Of a stretch of 20,000 bases of DNA, positions 9,110 to 19,728 are shown piece by piece. Numbering within the stretch: position 1 is the stretch's first letter; every line of letters starts with the position of its first letter. Below the pieces are notes generated by a model that saw nothing but the letters and a program-made list of their open reading frames with translations, was not told where the DNA came from and did no database searches. The stretch comes from Vicugna vicugna (Eukaryota): positions 501,980 through 521,979 of the forward strand of contig MU058478.1 in the NCBI GenBank assembly GCA_013265495.1, written 5' to 3'. Both the position numbers and the translations under genes were made by a program.

Positions 9110-11160
9110 ACGATTAGTGTATGTCTTTTAATTTTTTTCCATCTTTAGATGTTTATCTCTCTCTGTCATTATTATAAATTTGTGAATATTATAGCTTTTA
9201 TCCAGTCTGATGTCATTATCTGCATTTTAATTTGGGTAGCTAATTCTTCACATATAATCACATATACATTTTTGATTTTTAAGGTACTATTTCCTTGTTT
9301 TCAATTTGTCTAATATATATTATTTTTAAATTATTTTTATATATATATATATAATTATATAATTAAAAATTATTTAAATTATTCCCTGAATTCTTTAATG
9401 AGCTTAATATTCACAGTATTCTATTTTAAACACTAGTGTGTTTTAGCTATATGTATATTTTTGGACATATTATTGCATATATATTAATAAACTTATGTTC
9501 ATTTTTCACAAGTTAGCATTAATAGCACTTTTCATATAATGCCAAAACCAGAAGCAAATACCCATTTACCCCCTGACTAGGTTTTTGTGTTAATGTCATC
9601 ACACATGTTATACCTACATATATTATAAACTCCTTAATGCATGATTATTAATTTGCCTTTTAACGGTTAATTTTCCTTTAGAGAAATTAAGGTATATGAA
9701 CATTAGAAGGTTTTGTAGCAGTATGTTTACAATATTCAGTGCTCTTAAGCCCTTTATTTAGACCTAAATTTTCATCTGTTATCATTTTTTTCTCAACCTA
9801 AAAAACTCCCTTTATTATTTCCCATAATGAACATTGGCTGCTTAAATAGTTTCTCGAATCTTGTATATCAAAAAATACAAAAAATAAATTTTTTGAATTT
9901 CCAAGTTTGCAAAATATATTCTCTGCACTGGTTGCATAGTTTTTTTCCCCTTGTTTCACTTTAATGGCGTTCTTTTTTTTTTTTTCTGATTTGCACTGTT
10001 TTCAATGAGAATTAGTGGATTTTAAATTATATTCTCCGAGTGTAACTGTCTTTTGTTTTGCCCTAGTGAGCCCTCGTCTGGTTATGCAAGCCTTTTCTAG
10101 GTTGGGATATATGGAGCCTTTTGGATCTGTGTGAATTTTTTTCTCTATTTGGAAAAAAAAAATCACCTACTATCCTAATATTTTTTCCTACCCTCGTCTT
10201 TCTTTTCTTTTTCCTCTTCTTCTGGATCTCAAATTACACATATGCTTGATAATGGCATTGCCCTCAGGTGGTCATGATTTCGTTCATGTTTTTCACCATT
10301 TTCCCCCATCCTCTTGCTCTCAGCTCTTTTCATCTGCAGTTTCCAGTATGTTGTTAGGTCCCCTGAGTGATTCTTTTCCCCACATATTCTATTTTCCAGT
10401 CCTAGAGTTTCAATTTTGTCCCTTTCTATTTTTCTGCTAATAGAATGCTCTCTTCACTTATTATGTTTTTTTTTCTTGCTTTACTTCCATAAACAGGGAT
10501 ATATTATCTTATCTGCTATTTTCCTGGTGTCCAATGTATTAGCCCCAAATTTGGGCTTAAGGCATTTATTTTTGTGTTTTATGCCTTTAAACGCTGTTGT
10601 TGATTTCTTGGAAGGTAGTTAATTTCCACTGACTTTTGAAGTTTGTTTACAAGCCTTAGCAGGGGCAGTTCAGATGAGTTTGACATGGGATTTCTCTAAT
10701 ACCCAGATGTTCTGAGTGTCCCATCCCGCGTACCTCTCTTTCTCTGCCGTTTCTGGTCATCAGATACCTAGCGGGTGATCTCTGTCAGGTGGCAGAGCAC
10801 CCCTCTCCATGCACAGATAAACCCACCACCAAGGACTCCCAGGTAACTCGATGCCACCCTATGCAGCCCTGTCTCCTCCACCCCTGCACCAAAGCCAGCT
10901 GTCTCAGCCTCCCCGAGCTGCCTTCTCCGCCTGCTCTCCTTTGCAGGATCATTTTATTCCTTTTAACCACGTCCGTCTGTGATTCAGTCTAGAATTTACT
11001 TCTAGCCAGAAAGCCACCTTGACATCTTGCCTGGTTCCCCTTACTCAGAGATGACATTCTCCCATATCTGAAAGAGCTGTTTCACACCCTCCCCAGGTGC
11101 CTAATTTTTAAAGGCAGAGTGGCTAGTCCAATAATAGCTAATTCATTCTGCTCAGAATTA
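9110..11160 (-). mobile_element. Ancient L1ME-type 5' region (5' UTR/ORF1/spacer), heavily fragmented
   Basis: Landmarks include ttttatccagtctga (9196), aaattttcatctgttatcatttt..ctcaacctaaaaaactccctttattatttc (9766-9820), ctcttcttctggatctcaaattacacatatgcttga (10214-10250), agctgtctcagcctccccgagct (10898-10920) and aggcagagtggctagtccaataatagctaattcattctgctcagaa (11112-11157, like the L1ME 5' terminus). Confidence 0.65.
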
Positions 11161-11224
11161 CCTATAGCCCTTGTCAGGTTTTTTTTTAAATAACCATGTT
11201 ATTTATGATGGACCATAAAAGAAA

Positions 11225-11400
11225 AGCATGGAGGTGAGATCTTTTATCTCAAATTCTCTGGAAGAGCTTGTGCTGTATTACTGATTTCTGTTTAATGACT
11301 TAATGGAATTCACTGTTGAAGTCAGATAAGTTTGGGATTTTTTTAAGGTACTTCTTTGCTACAAATTCAATTCCGTTAATAGATGTAGGACTATTAAGTC
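11225..11400 (-). mobile_element. Ancient L1M ORF2 fragment, antisense
   Basis: attctctggaagagcttgtg...tggaattcactgttgaagtca...actt..ttgctacaaattcaattccgttaatagatgtaggactatt matches the antisense L1M ORF2 motif (ttctggaagagtttgt...tagaattcaccagtgaagcca...tcaatttctttaatagatatagggctatt). Confidence 0.7.
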
Positions 11401-12392
11401 ATTAAGAAAGAATTACAAAAGCCCTGAAAAGAAAAAAATTAACAAGTTGCTATAAAAGAAAAATGTTTGCCTCCAGAATTCTACAAATATCTAATATCCA
11501 CTGCTTCAGAGGATGGTATATTGTGAAGCAAATATTCTGTCCTCAGATAGACCATCATTTATGTGTGGGAACAAAGGAGCTTAGACAAAGCAAGGACTAA
11601 GAAACTAAAACACCCGCATATCCTTTCCGAAAAAATTACTTGAAATATTTCAGCAGCTCGAGAGATGAATGAACCTTTCAAACCAGTCTTTTTATTAAAA
11701 AAAAAAAGATTGAGAATGAACACAAGGAAAACTTTTAAAAATTGGACATAAGCTTGAAGAACAGAATAAAAAATAACATGATAGAATTAAAAGCATATTT
11801 ATCTTCATTTACTACTATACTGTTATTGCATAAGGAACGAAGGTTTAATCTCAAATTGCACCTCAGTGGTAATGAGACAGAGCTAAGTTAACTTCAAACT
11901 GAGTGACTTACATACGAGAAATGGGCAAAGAATTCCAGCTGCAAATGATGCAAATTCCATAAGTAGGCTTATTCCCCATGGCAAGAACAAAGGGCAGCTG
12001 GACCCCAGCCTTACAGCAACCCATGTAGCCAAAAATGTTGATTCACTGTCCCACCTTGGGGACTGGAGGTGAGTACAGCTTGCTTAAATCAGAAAGAATG
12101 TTTTCCTTCTTAAAAAAAAAAAAGGGGGGTAGCCCCAGAAGAATGGGGAAAAACAGAGCTCTGAACCAATAAAATAACAAACTCAGAAAAAAAAATGAGG
12201 GGGGAAATTTACAAACCCTCAACTATAATTATTTACATTTAATCCATTTCTGTGTTTCTATATTCTATGTTGTAAACTATAATTTAAAAAATCACATACT
12301 TTAAAAGTAATTATGAATTATAGCTTTTTAAAATTACAATATAAAGAACAGAGGACATTTAAGTTAATACTTCTAAAATAAAGTGCCTTAGC

Positions 12393-12526
12393 GGGGAGGG
12401 TGGAACTCAGGGGTAGAGTGTGTGCTTAGCGTGCAGGAGGTCCTGGGTTCAAGCCCCAGTGCCTCCATTAAAAAAATAATAATAAATCAATAAACCTAAT
12501 TATCTCGCTCCTAAACAAAAACAAAT
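12393..12526 (+). mobile_element. tRNA-Ala-derived SINE (camelid Vic-1 type)
   Basis: GGGGAGGGTGGAACTCAGGGGTAGAGTGTGTGCTTAGCGTGCAGGAGGTCCTGGGTTCAAGCCCCAGTGCCTCCATTAAAAAAATAATAATAAATCAATAAACCTAATTA. TSD aaaataaagtgcctt (12375-12389) / aaaatgaaatgcctt (12527-12541), 13/15 identity. Confidence 0.93.
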
Positions 12527-12690
12527 AAAATGAAATGCCTTCATTCATTATTTAAGTGAACTTACTCCAGAAAAAAATAATATTTTAAGGTATTACTTCA
12601 CTATCATGGTTAATGACTATCTAGTATTTTATTTTGCATATGGAATATAAAGAACTTTCTAATAATGGGCACTTAGATATTTCTGTTTAA

Positions 12691-12708
12691 GTGTGTGTGT
12701 GTGTGTGT
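12691..12708. repeat. (GT)9 microsatellite
   Basis: gtgtgtgtgtgtgtgtgt, seen directly. Confidence 0.9.
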
Positions 12709-14007
12709 CTAGGGAGAGAAGGAAAGAGAGACTCTTATGCGTTTAAATTTAAGTCGAAAGCTACATCAGAGAGTCAGCATCCTTCCGTGATGGACCAGGA
12801 ATGTTGGGTTACAGAAACTGACTTTTGATTTTACTCAGTGAAGAAAAAAAAAAAAAAAAAGAGGAGAATCATATTTCTAAATCTCTTCTTTAGGCAGTGA
12901 GTTGATTCGAATAAGTCAAGTCTATTTTAAAATATTCTAAGAAGAAAAAGAATAAACTCTTTCGTTATTTAAGTTCAATGCCACTGCTCTCTGGTGATTC
13001 TTTGCAGTGAATCCTTCAATGTTCTATTTCCTTCAGTCCTGTGCAATTAATTCTGGTATTTTCAGCCACATTCGAAAGGTAAAATCTGTAAATGGAGGTT
13101 TTGTTCTAAATCTCAGCTCCAGGTACAAATAGCTCTCTGGATCTGCACCCCCCTGGATGGCATATCCTCTTGAATTTGCAAATACACCAGACGCTTTCTA
13201 TTTCTTGCAAGTAAATTATAAGAAAATACTGTCGAGCAACACCATGCCTTGAAGCTGTAACTCTTTGTTAAATGACCCTGTGTAACAATGTTACCTTAAA
13301 ATGTACCATCAATTTAAACTGTTTCTTTTCTGTTAGGTTTGTTGCAGGATGACCTTAAAGAAAACCCGTACAGACCTTGAGTTGATTTATGTTATTTTTG
13401 TTTAGACACGGTGCCTCCTCTTTCCACCACATTATCACTCTTTCCTAGACGTTGTCCCTTATCACAAGCATATAAAATAGAAGAAAGCCCTTTAAGATGT
13501 TGGCCAATAAAAACTTTTTTTTCCCTTTGCCTCTCAAGACATCAGTTCACTTTATGATTCAGTTAATTTAAAAATATCCATCTGAGGATTGAAGAAATAG
13601 CTGTCGGCACGAAGCTTGCCTAGAGCCATCATTCCTACTTCTTTTGGTTTGTTCCTAAAATTTATTACAAAAATCACTTTTTCCTCTCTCGGCGTTAAAA
13701 CTACCTTTTGAAACTTAGCTTGTGCACTTTGTATCAAGCAAGAATATCATTCAACTTTAAGCACACTGACTGGGTGAGATGAGAAAGAGAATAATAAATG
13801 TGTTTGGATGCTTAGGGCAATAAACTCTACACTCAGATATGTTCCGAAGGAGGAAGAGCCACATGCAGAATCTTCTGGTCGTTCAAGGACAAAGCGTGTG
13901 CCCTGAAGCTGACTCTGCCCACCTGACAGAGGTGATGGGATGGGGGCCACAGGTAAACAGGATTGCTTATCAGAAGAGGATGATGTAAAAAATTACCAAG
14001 AAATAAA

Positions 14008-14150
14008 GGGGAGGGTGTAGCTCAGTGGTAAAGTGCATGCCTAGCATGCATGAGGTCCTGGGTTCAATCCCCAGTTCCTCCTTTAAAAAAAATTAAATAC
14101 ATAAATAAACCTAATTACTTGTCCTCCCCCCAAAAACATTTAAAAAAAAA
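14008..14150 (+). mobile_element. tRNA-Ala-derived SINE (camelid Vic-1 type) with intact Pol III A and B boxes
   Basis: GGGGAGGGTGTAGCTCAGTGGTAAAGTGCATGCCTAGCATGCATGAGGTCCTGGGTTCAATCCCCAGTTCCTCC, then AT-rich linker, AAACCTAATTAC..CCCCC and A tail. A box TAGCTCAGTGG at 14018-14028, B box GGTTCAATCC at 14061-14070. Confidence 0.95.
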
Positions 14151-14164
14151 ATGAAATAATGATA

Positions 14165-14430
14165 CTATGGTTGCCAAGGGGAAAGGGGGTAGCAAAGGAT
14201 AAATTGGGAGTTCGAGAATTGCAGATACTAACTACTATATATAAAATACAGATAAACAACAAGTTTATACTGTGTTGCACAGGGAACTATATTCAATATC
14301 TTGTAGCAACCTGTGATGGACAGAATATGAAAAGGAATATATGTATATATACATATGAATGAAACATGATGAAATTGACACAGCATTGTAACTGACTGTA
14401 TTTCAATTAAAAAAAGAAAAAGAAAAGAAA
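14165..14430 (+). mobile_element. 5'-truncated lineage-specific L1 3' UTR with A-rich tail
   Basis: tatggttgccaaggggaaagggggt..ggataaattgggagttcgagaattgcagatactaactactatatataaaa...cacagggaactatattcaatatcttgtag...gaaattgacacagcattgtaactgactgtatttcaattaaaaaaagaaaaagaaaagaaa. Confidence 0.92.
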
Positions 14431-14859
14431 TGATAAAATTTAAGGAAGCAGATCCAAAAGCAACACACAAAAGATTTTAAAAATCAATCATTTGCCTCGA
14501 TACACGGGGTTTTGAAATAAGAACTGTTTCACCAGGAAGTGGTTTTTTGTAAGGATGAAGTTAATTTCCGTCCATTTTTAAGGATTCAAGGAGGCTGCAG
14601 GCACACCCCGGAGACAGGACTTCCGATGTGGAAGGAAACAGAAGTCCGTCCTCCTTGGGGTGAAGCCAGGGCTGACGGGCACGGAAGAAATTCCACCTTC
14701 CTGATATGCTTTGTGCTCCTCTATGTTCTTAATTGAATGTTAACTCTGGTCTTAATCAAAGACTACAACCCTAATGTCATTCTGCAGGTCCTTTCCCACC
14801 GCTGATAAAATTCATTTTGTCTTTTTCCAGCCTTTGCAAGACTCCCTTGCCCTCCCCAT

Positions 14860-14930
14860 ACCCAACACTTGCCTTCGATTCATCAACAGACGACCTTGTC
14901 CCCTCACTCAGTAAGAACATGGACGTTGGT
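14860..14930 (+). mobile_element. Short L2 fragment (tentative)
   Basis: tcaacagacgaccttgtcccctcactcagtaagaacat resembles the L2 motif tcagcagatgaccttgcctcctacttcactgagaaaat. Confidence 0.4.
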
Positions 14931-15049
14931 GACTGAGCGACACTTAAGTCTTTTGTCATAGGGGACTTGGTGATGATGACTCAGTCTTTATCATCAGCAT
15001 TATTTAACGTTAGGGTCATTTCCACCTGCTGTCATTAATGATAATTAAC

Positions 15050-15183
15050 TTTTTTAAAAAATGTATTTTGGGGGGTAATTAGTTCATTTGTTTGCTTGTT
15101 TGTTTTAACAGAGGGAGCGGAGTTGGAACCCAGGACCTCGTGCATGCCAAGCACACACTCTGCCGTTGAGCTATACCATCCCC
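15050..15183 (-). mobile_element. tRNA-Ala-derived SINE (camelid Vic-1 type), reverse orientation, more diverged
   Basis: Reverse complement reads GGGGATGGTATAGCTCAACGGCAGAGTGTGTGCTTGGCATGCACGAGGTCCTGGGTTCCAACTCCGCTCCCTCTGTTAAAACAAACAAGCAAACAAATGAACTAATTACCCCCCAAAATAC. Confidence 0.92.
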
Positions 15184-15689
15184 TCGTTGCTAATTTTCTT
15201 TCTTAATATTTTATGTGTGTGTAGAAATCCATGAATGAGGAACCCTATCTCAAAAACAAGGGATTTCTCTTCAGACTGAATGGCACCCCGAGAAGGTAGC
15301 TGGCTTACGATGACTGTGAGATACACCTGCAATGTCAAAACATCAGATTTCTCTTCTGGGCTCAACAGCGTGTTCAGAAGAAAGACACATCATCCTCGGA
15401 AGTTCCTTGGAGAGCAGAAGTAGTGAAGGAAGGATTTGCCTGAGTGGCTCAGCGTTTCGTCCCATGGCACGAACTCAGTAGTTGGGTGGCAGGTCGATCA
15501 CGCCTCTGTCCACTTTAACAAGTTCCAGGAAGGATGTGGCGCCACATTAGGACTACTAACAGCGAGGTAGACTTGTCCTGGGGTAGCCAGGGAGATGAAT
15601 ATGCATTTATCAGAAGTCCGCATCAAACTTGCATTGTGTTGGGTCTGTTATAAAACATAAAGGGAAGAGCTGAAATTAAAAACAGCATA

Positions 15690-16385
15690 TGACTCTTCTA
15701 AAACATTACAGAGAATCAAAACAGAGACAGTAACAAATACAGCAAAAAAGTAAATGAGGCTTAGATATTAAAACATAAATCATTATACCAATAGGCAAAG
15801 GTAAGAGGATTATTTGATTAGCAAGATGAATAGTTCACATTTTTCTAAGAAAGGACAAAGACAGCTTCAGTAAATGGAAAAGCAATAAAAGATATTAGAA
15901 AAATATATAATTGGATGAGAAAGGTGACTCAGATTAATCTCTAATCATATATGCCAAAATAAATTTTAGATGGATTTATGGAGCTGAATGCTTGCAAAAT
16001 AATTAAGGCAATACTGTGCTTGGTCAAATCTAATGTCTGTATATTTCAGCACTTTAGTGTCATTAAAATAGTGATGCACATTGCAATGAACGGCGCATCA
16101 AAGATTTATGTCTTAGCGGTGCACAAAATAATTGTGCATCTTGCAATCAAGATGTCTTAATTTCGATGAAGAATGATATTTATATATATAAAAGTTTTTA
16201 TATATTTATTTTATATTTTTCTATGTCTGATCTTGAGTGGGAGAAGAATTCCTAAGCAGTTGGGAAATTACCCTAAAAGCATGATAGCTAAGTCAAATGT
16301 ATAAAATAAAATCTCCATTGTTGAACCATAATAATAATATTAGAAGTCAAATGACAAACTGGAGAACTTCACGATATAAGTGATG
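15690..16385 (+). mobile_element. Ancient L1ME-type ORF2 fragment interrupted by a MER104-like element
   Basis: tctaatcatatatgccaaaataaattttagatggatttatggagctgaatg (15940-15990), tgatcttgagtgggagaagaattcctaagca (16230-16260) and agaagtcaaatgacaaactggagaa (16342-16366) are L1ME ORF2 landmarks. Confidence 0.6.
16014..16176 (+). mobile_element. MER104-like non-autonomous TcMar (Tc2-group) DNA transposon
   Basis: tcttagcggtgcacaaaataattgtgcatcttgcaatcaagatgtcttaatttcgatgaagaatga matches the recalled MER104 3' half (tcttagtggtacataaaataatggtgcatcttacaatcgatggcatcttagattcgatgaaatacgg). It is flanked by TA at 16012-16013 and 16177-16178, as expected for a TcMar TSD. Confidence 0.75.
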
Positions 16386-17683
16386 TATATAGGTGCCTGT
16401 GCAAATTTTTTTCACTATCATAATTTCATACATAAAAACTAGAAAACTAGTAGAAAGAACTGCAGTATATTCTTTAGCACTGATTTTTCAGCTCCTAATG
16501 TGTTCCTATGTCTGCTTCAGTCATTTCTCTCCCAATGGAAACATGTTAACCATGTGCATGTCCTTTGAGAGTAAGTTACTGAGACAGTGTTTCTCAACCA
16601 ACAAATATTTCACTGTGTATTTCTTGAAAAACGTGGACATTCTCTTACATAATTGCAGTACTATTATAGAAACAAGAAAACTAATTTGTAGCCATTATTG
16701 AGATTTTAATAACTATTATAATAATTTTCTTTATAGAAAGAAACTCCCAGACTATGAGTTGCTTCTTAAATTTTCTTTGTGAAATTGCATTTGGTAACTA
16801 ATGCTTCTTTCGTTTCCTTTGATGTGGAATTCTGTTATGTTTCACTTTATCTTCAATGACCTTGAGTTTTGGGTAAGGACAGGAAAGTTACTTTCTAAAA
16901 CGCCAGTCCGTTTCAATTTGTCTTTTGTTTCCTCGCCATTGAGTAGATTTTATTCATTTTTTAATCAGAAATGCCCCAGAAGTGTTACAATGATCTTCTG
17001 CCTCATTGCAGAAGACACACAGTGTATCAATTTGTCTCCAGATTATGTCAACAACTTGATTAAATTTCTGTCTGCCGTATTACCACATTGTTAAATTACT
17101 ATTTTCCCTTTTATAATAAATAAGTATCTGTGTGTAGATACTTTGACAACATGTGAATATTCTGTTCCTCGCCAAACATTCTCCCACTAGTTTTAGCCTG
17201 TCCTGATGTGTCTTGTCTGAAACAATTATCACTGTGATGGTCACCACGTTGTAGCTTCCAGGTTCTACCGTTCTTCCTGTAAACATTAGCTGGCATTCCC
17301 CTGTAAGAAGAAACTCCACACCATGTACTTATATAAGCATAAACACGTGGATTCTTATTTTATTTCATATATAAAAATCAATTAATGTTGTTTATGTTGG
17401 TGTGCAAATTGTCTCAGAATTACCTGATGGGAGTCCCTGCAATCCAGCTCTGGGGTGTGTGGTAGGGGGGAGTGTCTTGTCATGTTCTTTTATTCCCCAA
17501 GCATCTCCCTTATTTTCTGGCACAGAGATGTTGCAGCTTGTCCTATCTCCATCCCAGCTGTGGCACCAGACTTTTCTCCAAGGGACCTTGGTTCTTTTCA
17601 GTGAATATGGGCATTAGGTTTGTTAATTACTATGGTATCATTTTCCTAGACTTTCTCAGAGAGTGGAACTGATAGCTAACAGA

Positions 17684-17808
17684 TAGAAAAATAGATAAAT
17701 AGATAGATGGATAGATGGATGGATGGATAGATGGATGGATGGATGGATGGATGGATGGGTGTGTGGGTGGATGGGTGGATGGATGAATAGATGGATGGAT
17801 AGACAGAC

Positions 17809-17881
<73 letters not shown>

Positions 17882-18001
17882 CTTAGATAAATAGATGGAT
17901 AGATAGATACTTAGATAAATAGATGGATAGATAGATACTTAGATAAATAGATGGATAGGTAGATGGATGGGTGGGTGTGTGGGTGGATGGGTGGATGGAT
18001 G

Positions 18002-18039
<38 letters not shown>

Positions 18040-18204
18040 CAGATAGATAGATAGATAGGTAGAATGAAAGATGATAGATAGATACTTAGATAAATAGATG
18101 GATAGATAGATACTTAGATAAATAGATGGATAGATAGATACTTAGATAAATAGATGGATAGGTAGATGGATGGGTGGGTGTGTGGGTGGATGGGTGGATG
18201 GATG

Positions 18205-18258
<54 letters not shown>

Positions 18259-18505
18259 CAGACACTTAGATAAATAGATAGATGGATGGATGGATGGATG
18301 GATGGATGGATGGGTGTGTGGGTGGATGGGTGGATGGATGAATAGATAGATGGATGGATAGATAGATAGATAAATAGATAGATAGATAGATACTTAGATA
18401 AATAGATGGATAGAGAGATACTTAGATAAATAGATGGATAGGTAGATGGATGGGTGGGTGTGTGGGTGGATGGGTGGATGGATGGATAGATAGATAGGTA
18501 GATAG
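17684..18505. repeat. Compound tetranucleotide array (GATA)n/(GGAT)n/(GGGT) with higher-order duplications, ~820 bp
   Basis: Pure (AGAT)n at ~17809-17880. ACTTAGATAAATAGAT starts at 17881, 17909, 17937, 18084, 18112, 18140, 18264, 18392 and 18420 (28-bp period within runs). GTGTGTGGGTGGATGGGTGGATGGATG occurs 5 times. Confidence 0.98.
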
Positions 18506-19123
18506 CATATTTCAATAGCTAGATCAATATTTAGATACATAGATCGTTTGTATAGATATACCCCATACATATCCATCTTTACATCTATTTAGTTAAACTG
18601 AGATACAATTTTATACATATATAATTATTGATCTACATGACTACATCTACCTATAATTATAAGAATATCTATTTCAAGGTATAAATAGATATACATATAT
18701 ATCTTATCTACTTGTCTACCTTTCTGTATAAAACTATGATTTTATATCGATGCCTATGATTTCAAGGCAATACCACAGATTTCATGTTTACAATTCTCAG
18801 CTCTGACACTGAGAAACCGACTTCCCATTTCCTGCAGGACATTTACTTGCTTGTTCAGTCCTAGAAAGTGCAAAAAGTCCCTTCAGAATCGCTAACCTAT
18901 ATATCTGCAAGGAAAAACAAAAAATGTAGCCAGTGGTCATTACCATTTTTCTGTTTGTTTGTTGGCCTGCGGGAACAGACTCAAAGTACCGTGTGCAAAC
19001 ATTACTTGAGTGAGTTCCTGCTTCTCCACCTCATGTGGCAACGTTATTCATTTTAAAACCAGTAAGCACATTTTTATTTTTTCTGTTTCAGGCTGGAGGT
19101 GTTTTTTCCCCCCATCCTTGTTG

Positions 19124-19156
19124 CGTGTGGTGTATGTTGTGTGTGTGTGTGTGTGC
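19124..19156. repeat. Imperfect (TG)n microsatellite
   Basis: gtgtggtgtatgttgtgtgtgtgtgtgtgtgc, seen directly. Confidence 0.85.
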
Positions 19157-19728
19157 ATAAAATATGAAACATTAATATAGCTCTAAAGGTCAACAGTTTA
19201 AGAAGCTAATGGTCGGAGAAGTGACCCTCCCTCCATCCTTTTCAAGGCACTGAAGAAGCAAGGGGAAAAGAGGAAGAAACCAAGCAGGTGTGGGATTCCA
19301 GGCGGAGGGACATCCTGAGTGTTTGGGGATGAACAGCTCCAGTTGTCCAAGGGTGGGTCTCTGAAGGTGGGTGGCTCAAATAGTTAGGAGGTGAGAATGC
19401 AGAAGGTGGGGCCCAGGTACCCAGACGAGAAAGAACTGAATGGAGGGCAAAAATTTGCACTCGAACATGGCTCATAAAAAGCAATCATTCCTCTTTATTG
19501 AAGAGTTAGTCCAATGAAATAGGATATTAGGGTATTGGATAAAGCCACGAACATAGCTAAACACATGTATCATCTTCATGTCACACGTGATGCATCTGAA
19601 CATCAAGTCTGCCTCTAGTCTTTGTAAAAATAAACACGGAACAAATAAATTTAGTGTATCAATTCACAGTGACATTACCTGAAAATATAGGCACGTATAT
19701 AGATGGATAGAGAAGTTGGTAGATACAA

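Larger units (their letters stand above)
16405..19235 (-). mobile_element. L1MC-type (L1MC3/L1MC4-like) 3' UTR, antisense, split by the GATA/GGAT array
   Basis: tttgagagtaagttactgagaca...aaatatttcactgtgtatttcttgaaaaacgtggacattctcttacataattgcagtac (16563-16661); gggagtccctgcaatccagctc...ttctggcacagagatgttgcagcttgtcc (17429-17545); tctgacactgagaaaccgacttcccatt...catttacttgcttgttcagtcctagaa...tcagaatcgctaacc (18800-18900) are L1MC 3' UTR landmarks. Confidence 0.8.

Noticed and set aside
9313..9382. AT-only quasi-palindrome (possible cruciform)
   Set aside because: Short low-complexity (TA)n-derived sequence; palindromy is trivial.
10700..11000. GC-richer patch with two overlapping ORFs, possible promoter/exon
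   Set aside because: Too few CpGs for an island, and it resembles the 5' UTR of the ancient L1ME element it is embedded in.
13552..13950. Two consecutive minus-strand ORFs (61 and 67 aa) in unique sequence
   Set aside because: No recognisable protein similarity, non-ATG starts, and length expected by chance; no convincing splice structure.
14010..14082. tRNA-Ala(AGC) gene, likewise at 3793, 12393 and 15110-15183
   Set aside because: All four share the same GGGGA(G/T)GG head, AT-rich linker, TAATTAC-CCCC-like tail and A-rich end, some with TSDs, and carry stem mismatches. They are SINEs, not tRNA genes.
18114..18576. 133-aa and 60-aa minus-strand ORFs rich in IYLS/IHPS
   Set aside because: They are translations of the (TATC)n/(ATCC)n array.
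19070..19100. Strong splice-acceptor-like tract ttttattttttctgtttcag|G
   Set aside because: It lies in antisense L1MC T-rich sequence, where such tracts are common; no supported exon follows.
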